DNA of 61,211 nucleotides from an uncultured Candidatus Bathyarchaeia archaeon (GTDB lineage: Archaea; Thermoproteota; Bathyarchaeia; Bathyarchaeales; DTEX01). Position numbers and translations under genes: made by a program. Below, piece after piece: positions 37,017 to 45,854 of the stretch; positions within the stretch are counted from its first letter, which is position 1, and every line of letters starts with the position of its first letter. Where the stretch lies: positions 5,412 to 66,622 of the forward strand of contig CAZRIK010000001.1 in NCBI GenBank assembly GCA_964600125.1, written 5' to 3'. Under the pieces are notes generated by a model that was not told the DNA's origin, did no database searches, and saw only the letters and a list, made by a program, of their open reading frames with translations.

Positions 37017-40000
37017 TATTTCACACTACCTTTCTGTCCAACACTTCTAGTATTTCCTAGCTGACCTTCTACATACACACCGAATAACTCAAACGGTTTG
37101 TCGAGTGTACTTTCAGACAGGAGAAATGAGACTTGCGCCACTCTGCTTGGTGAAAGTGTTCGGCGTACAGGAGAGAGATGTTTGTTTGCCCCGTAGGTTC
37201 CTCGACCATATTCTGCAGTACCAAACTTAGAGCTGTTCGTGATGATGAGGGAAAGGTTGGCGTAGTCTTTCAGGTAATCCCAAGCATACTTGATATCTAA
37301 TGTGCTGGAATCACTTTGACCAATTTGAACAATAATATTCCTGTAGAATTTGAATGCCACTACTTCTTCTGTGGTAAGGAATCTTGTTTGCAACAGGAAG
37401 GTAATAGGGTCATTGAAGTCGGCGTATTTTGTGTTACCATTTTCGTTACGGACTGCAAAAATACGACCGTCAAACCCACCGAAGAAGTACCTATTGTTTA
37501 ATTGTTCCCAACAATTAGCAGGATAGTTTGTGTTAACTGACCAGCCCATGATGTTTTCATTATAGTTGAAAACAAACTGCCCATCTACATAAGGTGCAAG
37601 GGAGTTGTCTTCACGGGAGTAAGGAATGCCTAGGTGAACTTCCTTGTCCAATTGGTTGTGATAGCCTGCAGTGAGTGGGAAAAGGGATGAGTTTTGTTTT
37701 ACCCGATTGTCAAAAGGTCTATTCAAAACAACCTGTGGCTCAACCTTGTATCCATTCGTGACGTATGCACCAGTCGGATGGATGAAATGACACTCATTGT
37801 CTGTGGTAATTAAGTTACGAGGAGACATAGAACCAACAGTAGACTGAGCACGATTTATGTCAGTTAATCTCCTGTTTTGGTCAGAACCTACTCGGTAGAT
37901 TGAGCTTGGTTTGAAGAACAGAAGGATGTTTTGGAACGGTACAAATCCGCTAATACCTTCACCATCGCTATTACCAAATTGATTATTGTTGTTCTCCTGA
38001 AAGGAAGGTAACAATCTGTTGTCTTGGTTGGAGATCACTTCCCGCATCCACCAGAACTTATTTGGGTAGTCAATTGAGATTGGTACAGGCGAATATGTTG
38101 TAGTAGGGACAAGCTCATTTTCAGAGACAGTCACTCGACCAGAAGAGGAATACACCCCTCCTGTCACCTTATAGTAGGGTTTTTGTGTACGATTCGCTAA
38201 GTTTTGTTGCGTGATAAATAAGGATGGGAACCGTCTTGGGTACGAATCACCTAAACTATTTATCGGTAAAAACAGGGAAGTAAAGTTCCCTAATTGTGAG
38301 TTTCTTACCTTGAAATCACAGAAATTCACTGGATAGATGTGAGGGACGATCCTATATCCAATTGGCAAGGGAGTGGCAGTAGTTGTGCTGCGAGTTCCCC
38401 AATAGGCAAAGTATGTGGATGCACAGGTTGCGTTGAGGGCATCTGCGAATCTCTTTGAATAGCTGGAAAGGATTGTTCGACTCAGCGTTGCATCTGTCTG
38501 GAATAGTGGGCCAGCAAGGTCATCAAGTCGCTGTTGGACACCACCTCCATTGGAGCTGATCAGTTTGCTTGCTGGATCGCCATAGGAAATAGGAGTTGGT
38601 ACGGGGCAAATTTTCTCTGCATAAGTACGGCTCACACTCGGCTGATACACGGCCACAACACCACTGAGCACAAGGCCAGAGGAGAGATTTGTGATTGTGT
38701 TCACAAATTGTTTATTCAAGTTGGTGTCTTCAAACGCCAAAGTGAAGTAGCCATTTCCTGTGGTAATTACCTTGAACCATCCAGAAAGTTGTAGGGAAGT
38801 TGATGAGAAATCCGCACCACGAGTAGAGAGATACACCCAGTCGTTTGGCAGAATCGCATCATATGTGGTTGGGTTTCCCGTGACGTTTACTTTGAGTTGG
38901 CCTGCAGTGATGGTGTATATACTGGAAAAAGCGTACGCAATTGGGTAACCAGACGCAAAAGTAAAAAATCTTGGGTCGCCTGCAAGTAGCACGCCATTGC
39001 CTGGGGCGTAAGGAACTTCTACCACAATGGCAGTAGAACCTGGAGCACCGGCAGTGTACACATAGGACACTACTTTGAATGAGCCATTGAACTGAGGGAA
39101 TTTATTGAATGAGTTTCCCTTACCATCTACGAAGATGTACTCTCCAACGACAGGAGCGAAATTACCACTCACAGTGAGGGTTGCTGTTTTCGGTACTGTG
39201 GAGAAGCCAGAAATAGCACGAGTTCCTGCAGCCAGTGTGAATATTGTTACTGTTCCTGTTTCTTTTTTGGAGACACCTGCAGAAGCACTTTTGAAAGTCA
39301 CGTCCACGAATCCAGTTGAACCGTCAGACAATTGCGGTACTAGAATATAAGTCCCTGCAACAGGAATAGAACTAACTCTCCAGCACAAATCCCTATCCCA
39401 AGAAAGAATGATATTGTCTGAAACTGTGAGCTGGCCGAAAGTATTCAGACCATCAATAATCATCACATCACCCACAACAAATGCAGGTGCAGTGCCAGAA
39501 ACAAGGCTTACTTCTACCGTACCACTGCTGTTTGAGTTGACAGTAATGTACTGTGAGGAACTTAATGTGAGTATTCTCGCGCCTGCAAATGCAAGCACTT
39601 TTGATGCGTAATTCGAGATAAGGTCAGGAATACCGGTACCACTTAGGTTTTCGTATGTCCACCGATTTATCTTAGAGTAAAGAGCGTTTGCAGCAACATC
39701 AAAGATCTCTCCCTGTAAATCAATAGGAAGATTCTTTGACAATCCACGAATAATAAATCGTAGTTTTGCAAGTGAGCCAGTAAGACCTGCACCACTAAAT
39801 GAGAAACTGTTCGACAGGTCATTGAAGTCTACTCTGGTGATGTTGTAAGTCACAGAGGGTAAAACTGGGAACCATTGGGCCTGTACTTTCCCTGTTACAC
39901 TGGTGTTGTTTGCATTGTAGTCTGCGTTTGCAAAAGCTTCTGCAACCACTGCATTGTCACGCACACCAAAAGATACAGGAACAAGCTTCATATAGGAGTC

Positions 40001-42964
40001 GTTTGTGCGAGGAATCACTTTTTCGATGAAAGCGTTGTATTCGTACTTGGGAGTAGTCCCGTGTGAATAGGTTCGGTTGTTCGTCTCGAATCCTTCATAA
40101 CACTCTACATCGATGTAGCTATCTTCTTGGCCATTGGCGGCAACAACTCTATTATCATAAACTTGCAGGTACTTCGCCAAGGGTGGATTTACGACAGGGG
40201 AATTGAAAATATTCTGGTCACGATCGGTGCCAAAGTCGGTAGAACTGGTCAAATCAAGGGGTATTCTGTCATCCAGACGAGCATCCGTGCCCAAATAAGC
40301 CACGATGAAGGAGTTGTCTGGATTGTTCAGGATGGATGTGTCGAGGTAGAACTCGCTATCTAAAGCCGTCCAACCGTTTCTGTATATATTGATGGACACT
40401 CTATCAGCACTAACTCCAATATCTCTAGGCAAGGTTTGCACTTGTACTTCTACAAGCTCTGATTGGTTCGTACCATCTTGTGGTGCATTTGCCGTGATGA
40501 CACAATCACTTGGGTTGCTTGCAGGACTTTCTACACGATTGCCAAAATCATCTAAGTAACTATAAGTAACTGCAATGCTAATTGGCTTAGTTACTCTCCT
40601 GTTGTCTGAAGTAAGAGTCGTAGGGAGTTGACCTCTGGAACCCAACACAGAACGAACATGTGGGATTGGTGGTTGAGGAATCTTTATACTTGTAAGGGAT
40701 CTACCATCAAATCTCCAGATGCCGTTCTCACCAGTAGCGATATATACAGTCCTGTCTAAAGTCACAGAACTGATTTCCTGATTTATGTTGACAATTCGTG
40801 ACCTGTTTATTGGATTGTAGTCAGGAATAAATCCCCCATCAGTACGATAACTTCCAGGGCGAACGGGAGTCCAAAATGGTCTTTTATAGAATACCGTATC
40901 GCTGTTCCAAGTTACCTGTCGGTCTAACGCCAAATAATAAAAACTGAAACCTCCATCGGCAAACATATTCTTGATTAGGTAAGTAGGATTTTCCCCATTC
41001 ATCGAGACAGAAGAACCAATCAAATTCTCTAAAGGGATATTTCCTGATTGGAAGAATGATTCAATTGTAAAGTTGTTCTGTAAAGTTGTTTTTATTAGGT
41101 TGCTAGTTTTTTGTATTTTCAGCATAGAACCAATGGATATTTCAAAAGGGTTTAACTTACCTTGAATTTCTAACTCTACACCAATTACGGTTGGTGATGT
41201 TATTTGGTCGAAACCAACAACAGTAAAGAATGAACTTGCTACGTTATCTAAGTAAACTGTCTCTCCAATATTGTATATATTGACCGCATTGAGGTTGTTT
41301 GAAAACACAGTGAAAGTGCTTTTCCCAGTAATGCTACTGAAGACAGGAGTAATGACAATCTTTCTATTGGTGGAACTGATAACTTCACACAATAATACTC
41401 CCTGCAAAGGCTGGAAAGAGACAGAGGGAATATCTGACAGTTTATATAGGGAACCATTCGACACACAGCATAGATTTGGGCGGTCTAAGTCTCGGTCGTA
41501 GTATTCTTTCACCGTATCGATTTGGCCGTTGTTTATGTTCGTGCCGTATAGATACAGGGGATTGGTGAAGTCATTTCTCTTCGTGCTGCGGATAAGTGAG
41601 TTGGCAAACTCATTCTGAATTGAGTTTGGTGAGTGAAAATTTGTTCGTAATGCTTCTTGATAGTGGTTGTATATTTTTGTGCTTCTTATCCCGCTGTTTC
41701 TATCGAATACTTCAATACCTAAGCCGAAAAAAGAGCAGTAACGAATCTTGAGTAAGTGAGTTGGAAAATTTCCTGCACCTACTTCTGGTTTCTGTTCTAG
41801 CACACCAAAAACACTTCTAAAAGTGAGAACAAGTTGTCCATATTGATCTGCTGTAGACCCAGCAATTATTTCCAACAAACCAATTTCAGAATCAACTGTA
41901 TATTTTAAGGTGACACCAAAGCCACTCCAAACCGCAGTGTATTCATATTTTGTCGGTGTTAAAACAACAAAAGAGAAAATATCAGCTTGAGTACCCAAAT
42001 ATATCGGTGCAGTTGCTAAGCTTAAATTTATTAAACCAGCCAAAGGAATGGTGGTAGTTTTTTGAGAGGAAGCTAAAAAAGTAGAGAAATCAAATATGTG
42101 TACTATTCTTTTATTGTTGTTCACAGCCGTGGTGATTGAGTCTTCAATCGCCCCGTTTACTGTATTAACAGACATTTTCTTTTTATCTACAGGATCAACG
42201 TAACCAACCCCTGTCACTGTTTTGAAAGAGGATGCCCCAGATTGTTCTGGTAACATTGATTCGAACAAGAAAGAGAATCTATCTACATTATTCGGTAAAT
42301 CACTATCAAAAAAAACTGTAACAAAAGAACCAGATATTTCCACACTATCAATTGAGTAAGGTATGCGAGGAAAGGTTTGTCCAGAACACAGGGAGATAGT
42401 TCCATCAGTAATGTCGAATCTACCTAGCTGATCAAACGTACTGTTTGCTCCATTTATTGCCACATATCCTTCGAGTATCTGCTTGGATGCGATAAATGTG
42501 GTGGCATTTATTACCTTGAGAGGAGTGAAGAAAAGGCCACTTTTTATCCCTTCTCTTCGCTTGAACAATGTATCTTCTGTAAGTTCTATAGAGACAGGGA
42601 AATTAGGGATACTCACGATGATTGCATATCGGTGATCCCAATCAGTAATTCCTATATCTTCTGTGGTGAAATATCGGATTGTTTCTTGGCTCAGGTAATA
42701 ACATTGCAAATCGACTGCACAAATCTTGGAATAATCTAACCCAATATATTCCCTGTCTCCATCTTCATCCACATAGGCTTTTACAGGTATTTCTCCACCA
42801 AATAGATTATATCCAGTGCGCTTTCTAATCACGCCTGCAGTACCTAAATCCACATTTTCAGCAAGAATACAATTCTCTGGCTTTATGTCCTGAATAGATG
42901 AGCTACCATCGATACCTTTATTTGACTTTATTTCAATAAGTCTATTATTATTCCCCTGTAGCAT
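37016..42964 (-). CDS. Giant tail/adsorption-apparatus protein (1982 aa), putative
   Basis: 5.9-kb ORF rich in Gly/Ser/Thr/Asn/Val, beta-like composition. Lies downstream of the head genes. Assignment by position and composition only. Confidence 0.55.
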   Translation of the reverse strand: MLQGNNNRLIEIKSNKGIDGSSSIQDIKPENCILAENVDLGTAGVIRKRTGYNLFGGEIPVKAYVDEDGDREYIGLDYSKICAVDLQCYYLSQETIRYFTTEDIGITDWDHRYAIIVSIPNFPVSIELTEDTLFKRREGIKSGLFFTPLKVINATTFIASKQILEGYVAINGANSTFDQLGRFDITDGTISLCSGQTFPRIPYSIDSVEISGSFVTVFFDSDLPNNVDRFSFLFESMLPEQSGASSFKTVTGVGYVDPVDKKKMSVNTVNGAIEDSITTAVNNNKRIVHIFDFSTFLASSQKTTTIPLAGLINLSLATAPIYLGTQADIFSFVVLTPTKYEYTAVWSGFGVTLKYTVDSEIGLLEIIAGSTADQYGQLVLTFRSVFGVLEQKPEVGAGNFPTHLLKIRYCSFFGLGIEVFDRNSGIRSTKIYNHYQEALRTNFHSPNSIQNEFANSLIRSTKRNDFTNPLYLYGTNINNGQIDTVKEYYDRDLDRPNLCCVSNGSLYKLSDIPSVSFQPLQGVLLCEVISSTNRKIVITPVFSSITGKSTFTVFSNNLNAVNIYNIGETVYLDNVASSFFTVVGFDQITSPTVIGVELEIQGKLNPFEISIGSMLKIQKTSNLIKTTLQNNFTIESFFQSGNIPLENLIGSSVSMNGENPTYLIKNMFADGGFSFYYLALDRQVTWNSDTVFYKRPFWTPVRPGSYRTDGGFIPDYNPINRSRIVNINQEISSVTLDRTVYIATGENGIWRFDGRSLTSIKIPQPPIPHVRSVLGSRGQLPTTLTSDNRRVTKPISIAVTYSYLDDFGNRVESPASNPSDCVITANAPQDGTNQSELVEVQVQTLPRDIGVSADRVSINIYRNGWTALDSEFYLDTSILNNPDNSFIVAYLGTDARLDDRIPLDLTSSTDFGTDRDQNIFNSPVVNPPLAKYLQVYDNRVVAANGQEDSYIDVECYEGFETNNRTYSHGTTPKYEYNAFIEKVIPRTNDSYMKLVPVSFGVRDNAVVAEAFANADYNANNTSVTGKVQAQWFPVLPSVTYNITRVDFNDLSNSFSFSGAGLTGSLAKLRFIIRGLSKNLPIDLQGEIFDVAANALYSKINRWTYENLSGTGIPDLISNYASKVLAFAGARILTLSSSQYITVNSNSSGTVEVSLVSGTAPAFVVGDVMIIDGLNTFGQLTVSDNIILSWDRDLCWRVSSIPVAGTYILVPQLSDGSTGFVDVTFKSASAGVSKKETGTVTIFTLAAGTRAISGFSTVPKTATLTVSGNFAPVVGEYIFVDGKGNSFNKFPQFNGSFKVVSYVYTAGAPGSTAIVVEVPYAPGNGVLLAGDPRFFTFASGYPIAYAFSSIYTITAGQLKVNVTGNPTTYDAILPNDWVYLSTRGADFSSTSLQLSGWFKVITTGNGYFTLAFEDTNLNKQFVNTITNLSSGLVLSGVVAVYQPSVSRTYAEKICPVPTPISYGDPASKLISSNGGGVQQRLDDLAGPLFQTDATLSRTILSSYSKRFADALNATCASTYFAYWGTRSTTTATPLPIGYRIVPHIYPVNFCDFKVRNSQLGNFTSLFLPINSLGDSYPRRFPSLFITQQNLANRTQKPYYKVTGGVYSSSGRVTVSENELVPTTTYSPVPISIDYPNKFWWMREVISNQDNRLLPSFQENNNNQFGNSDGEGISGFVPFQNILLFFKPSSIYRVGSDQNRRLTDINRAQSTVGSMSPRNLITTDNECHFIHPTGAYVTNGYKVEPQVVLNRPFDNRVKQNSSLFPLTAGYHNQLDKEVHLGIPYSREDNSLAPYVDGQFVFNYNENIMGWSVNTNYPANCWEQLNNRYFFGGFDGRIFAVRNENGNTKYADFNDPITFLLQTRFLTTEEVVAFKFYRNIIVQIGQSDSSTLDIKYAWDYLKDYANLSLIITNSSKFGTAEYGRGTYGANKHLSPVRRTLSPSRVAQVSFLLSESTLDKPFELFGVYVEGQLGNTRSVGQKGSVK

Positions 42965-44208
42965 TATCTACTCCTTCTTAATGGACGCACATATTCAGGG
43001 CCTTGTAGGAATGTTCGCTCCACAACGATACCCATCTGTCGTCCAGCAGTATCAGATTTCACTTCTAACATTGCTTCTTTTAATGAATTTAGCAATTCTG
43101 GGTCATTTTCATTTAGAGAACTACGAATAAGTAGTGTCGCATAGTTTGTGTAAAACGTATTGAACACATCAGAGGTGATTGGTTTGGCTACAGAGATACC
43201 TGCAGAAACCGAGTCATCAACTCCAGGGGCCTTTATATTATCTACAAGAGTTAGGTTCAAAGTCGCAGGGGTGTTTGTGAATACAAATACTTGACCTGCA
43301 GCGATGTATGTAGCTGCTTCAGTTGCGGTCATACTTACATAGAAATCAGTAACATCATCGTACACTATTTTCCCTGTTATGCTGTTCTCGTATGTGAGAG
43401 AGTTTGTCCCTGCACACACTTCTACGGTACTACCAGAAGCGGGATTTACTGGGCCTTTTGTTATTTGTAGCGCACTAAGAGGTACAGAATAACCAACTGC
43501 AACAAGACTATACTTAGTAACAGAAACGACAGGGTAGCCAATATGAGTGACTTTATTGGTTGTTGTAAGCTCAAGTACATTATTCTGAAACGATCTATAC
43601 GGGAATACACACTTGTGTTCTCCTGTTTGAAAGTCACTTACACTGAAGTAATTGGCATCTGTCTTGGTTAAGTTCTCATCTAATTGGTCAGAGTTTGCTT
43701 CATCTAATTGAATACGATCTCCACGGGCCTCAACAATTCGTCCTACATGTAGAGACAGGGGAATTAGAGCTTCAGTCACAATGATGCGTGCTGCGTATCC
43801 ATTTAGTGGAGGTGGGGCAATCATTATTTTATTTCCTGCTTGCGCCCATGCAAGAGGAAGCCATGTTTTTAGTCTTGGTGAGTCATATTTATGTAGTCTT
43901 TTTACTTCGACTTTATCAATCGAAAGCCATGCCCATGGATTGTCTGCAGCATAAGGTGGGCTAGGAACCTCAAGCTGTTCGATTCTTTTACCCCAAAGAT
44001 TCTTAGGTAAATTGTACACACCAACTCCGGTAGCAAATTGAATTGGTATGAACTTCGCAAACATACTGTCGTTTGATTTCACGGTATGTGTATACACAAA
44101 CCGGTAAGCTTGATTCAATTTTTCCATTATCAGTGAGTCACTAATCGGATGTATGTCAAATTCAAGTAAGCCAAATCTGACTGATTCGACAAGTTCTTTA
44201 GTATTCAT
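42964..44208 (-). CDS. Structural protein (414 aa), possible adaptor/tail component
   Basis: ATG at 44208 with a GGAGAAG RBS just downstream of a terminator. The track ORF extends to 44262. Confidence 0.6.
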   Translation of the reverse strand: MNTKELVESVRFGLLEFDIHPISDSLIMEKLNQAYRFVYTHTVKSNDSMFAKFIPIQFATGVGVYNLPKNLWGKRIEQLEVPSPPYAADNPWAWLSIDKVEVKRLHKYDSPRLKTWLPLAWAQAGNKIMIAPPPLNGYAARIIVTEALIPLSLHVGRIVEARGDRIQLDEANSDQLDENLTKTDANYFSVSDFQTGEHKCVFPYRSFQNNVLELTTTNKVTHIGYPVVSVTKYSLVAVGYSVPLSALQITKGPVNPASGSTVEVCAGTNSLTYENSITGKIVYDDVTDFYVSMTATEAATYIAAGQVFVFTNTPATLNLTLVDNIKAPGVDDSVSAGISVAKPITSDVFNTFYTNYATLLIRSSLNENDPELLNSLKEAMLEVKSDTAGRQMGIVVERTFLQGPEYVRPLRRSR

Positions 44209-44222
44209 GCTTCTTCTCCAAC

Positions 44223-44250
44223 AAAAAACCCCTGAACAGATGAACAGGGG
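44223..44250 (-). terminator. Rho-independent terminator
   Basis: Minus strand reads CCCCTG-ttcatctgtt-CAGGGG followed by TTTTTT. Lies between genes 44283-44624 and 42964-44208. Confidence 0.6.
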
Positions 44251-44282
44251 AAGTAGTGACACACTGATTTATTAAGATGGTT

Positions 44283-44624
44283 TTACTGAAATAGCTTGTC
44301 CATCTTGCTCTTTGGTTTACTTGGAGCAGGAAGCGGTGAAGCCTCTTCTGTCCCTAGTTCCATATCAGGTGTTTCTCCGCCTGTACCTGAATCAAGAATA
44401 CCTTTAATTTGGTCTAATTGCTCTGGTGTTGGGTTATAACCTGCCTGTTCCAAGGATTTTTCCAAAGGATCTTCCATTCCTTCGTCTTCTTCTTGGACTT
44501 CTTCGTTTTCAGCTTCGCCGCCGAAAAGGTCTTCCATGGGGTCTTTTTTAGGTGCGGCAGATTCCATAGGGCCTCTACCCTTTTTCAAGAAACTGTCCAT
44601 GCCTGCTGAGCTTAATCCAGCCAT
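44283..44624 (-). CDS. Acidic small structural-module protein (113 aa)
   Basis: Glu/Asp/Pro-rich ORF in the operon. Confidence 0.6.
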   Translation of the reverse strand: MAGLSSAGMDSFLKKGRGPMESAAPKKDPMEDLFGGEAENEEVQEEDEGMEDPLEKSLEQAGYNPTPEQLDQIKGILDSGTGGETPDMELGTEEASPLPAPSKPKSKMDKLFQ

Positions 44625-44626
44625 AT

Positions 44627-44926
44627 TTAGGCTCCTGTTTGAATTGTTCCGTTAATTTTTACCACGTCTCCCGAAGTGCCGCCTCGACCGATATCAATAA
44701 TAAGCGAGCCGTCTGCTTGGGGAGTGATCGTAACACCTTCAACAAGAACTCCAGAACTCAGACGGGTACGAATACCCATACTGGAGCCAGAGCTAGTTTG
44801 GTTGCGAAGAATCTCGGCAAGCAAATCAATTCGACTATTGTTGAAAACTGAGTCTTGCAACCAGCTTTCGTCTCCAAGAGTGACGTTCCGCAATCCCAAA
44901 TATTTTGTGACAGAGGAATAGGCCAT
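44627..44926 (-). CDS. Structural-module protein (99 aa)
   Basis: GAGACAGGAGAATAAGAG immediately precedes the ATG at 44926. Confidence 0.65.
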   Translation of the reverse strand: MAYSSVTKYLGLRNVTLGDESWLQDSVFNNSRIDLLAEILRNQTSSGSSMGIRTRLSSGVLVEGVTITPQADGSLIIDIGRGGTSGDVVKINGTIQTGA

Positions 44927-44945
44927 CTCTTATTCTCCTGTCTCA

Positions 44946-45776
44946 TTAAGCACGAGGAATTGAAACCATCAATGTATCTACATCAACAGAAAGTGCAGTA
45001 CCTACACCAACATGTCCTGCACGAGCAAGGACTTGTAGAGCCTGTGTAAGCTTGGTTGCGCTTACAGAAGATACGAATTTTCCATCAACAGAGAAGTTTG
45101 CAGTCTGCGCTCTTGCAACATAGTCGATACGGAAACTAACTTGGCGTGAGCCTAATTGTGTCCAACCGCTATATACTGCAGAAGTAGCATCTCCACATAC
45201 TAAACGTGCACGAGAACCAGAAATCTCAACAAATAAATACTGAGCTCCAGGACGATTTGCAACGCCGCCTTCAAGGCTATTCATCAACAAAAGGTTTGCA
45301 CCTTTAGCAGACATAACGCCGATTTGTGCAAGTGCAACTGTGTTTACTTGAGATACTCCAACAGTGTTGGTGACTTCAAAACACATGGTGAAATCTACGC
45401 CAGCGTTGATCCAAAGAAGATCATTCTGATGTAATGCAACTGCACCTGCGCCTACACCGTCTGTTCCTAAGCGCAATGCACCACGGGAAAGAGTAGCAGA
45501 AGCATCAGGAATACCAGCATCAGCAGCGATGTTTGCAGCAGCAGCATCAACTTGCATATACTGAGCAGCGTTGGGAATTGTGTTAGAAGAAGCAGCAGCA
45601 ACTACTTGAGTAAGTGCAGCGCCATCATTTAAAATTTTACCTTGAAAATTTTCCAGAAGACCATTGCACAAAGCGTCCAGAACAAGTCCTGGGTAGCTAG
45701 GGCCATTGGTAGCGCTGGACAAGTGTCTGTCCATTGCGTCTCTCTGGAGAGCATTATAACCAACTAATGGAAGCAT
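44946..45776 (-). CDS. Structural protein (276 aa) downstream of the capsid gene, possible decoration/auxiliary capsid protein
   Basis: AAGGAGAATAC RBS. Ala/Gly/Val-rich, beta-like sequence. Function by position only. Confidence 0.55.
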   Translation of the reverse strand: MLPLVGYNALQRDAMDRHLSSATNGPSYPGLVLDALCNGLLENFQGKILNDGAALTQVVAAASSNTIPNAAQYMQVDAAAANIAADAGIPDASATLSRGALRLGTDGVGAGAVALHQNDLLWINAGVDFTMCFEVTNTVGVSQVNTVALAQIGVMSAKGANLLLMNSLEGGVANRPGAQYLFVEISGSRARLVCGDATSAVYSGWTQLGSRQVSFRIDYVARAQTANFSVDGKFVSSVSATKLTQALQVLARAGHVGVGTALSVDVDTLMVSIPRA

Positions 45777-45794
45777 GTATTCTCCTTTTTCCCT

Positions 45795-45833
45795 AAAAAA
45801 CCCCTATCCATTCTTCCATGAATGAGACAGGGG
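45795..45833 (-). terminator. Rho-independent terminator after the major capsid gene
   Basis: Minus strand reads CCCCTGTC(T)CATTC-atggaa-GAATGGATAGGGG followed by TTTTTT. About 13-bp stem with one bulge and one G-U pair. Confidence 0.7.
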
Positions 45834-45854
45834 AAATACAGTTTAGACCTACTC

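Noticed and set aside
42755-42769. D-E-D-G-D in the N-terminus of the 1982-aa protein, as a possible two-barrel RNA-polymerase metal-binding motif (crAss/N4-style virion RNAP)
   Set aside because: It is a single short acidic motif at residues 66-70 with none of the surrounding double-psi beta-barrel context visible. The rest of the protein is compositionally fibre- or beta-like. This is too weak to call without profile or structure searches.
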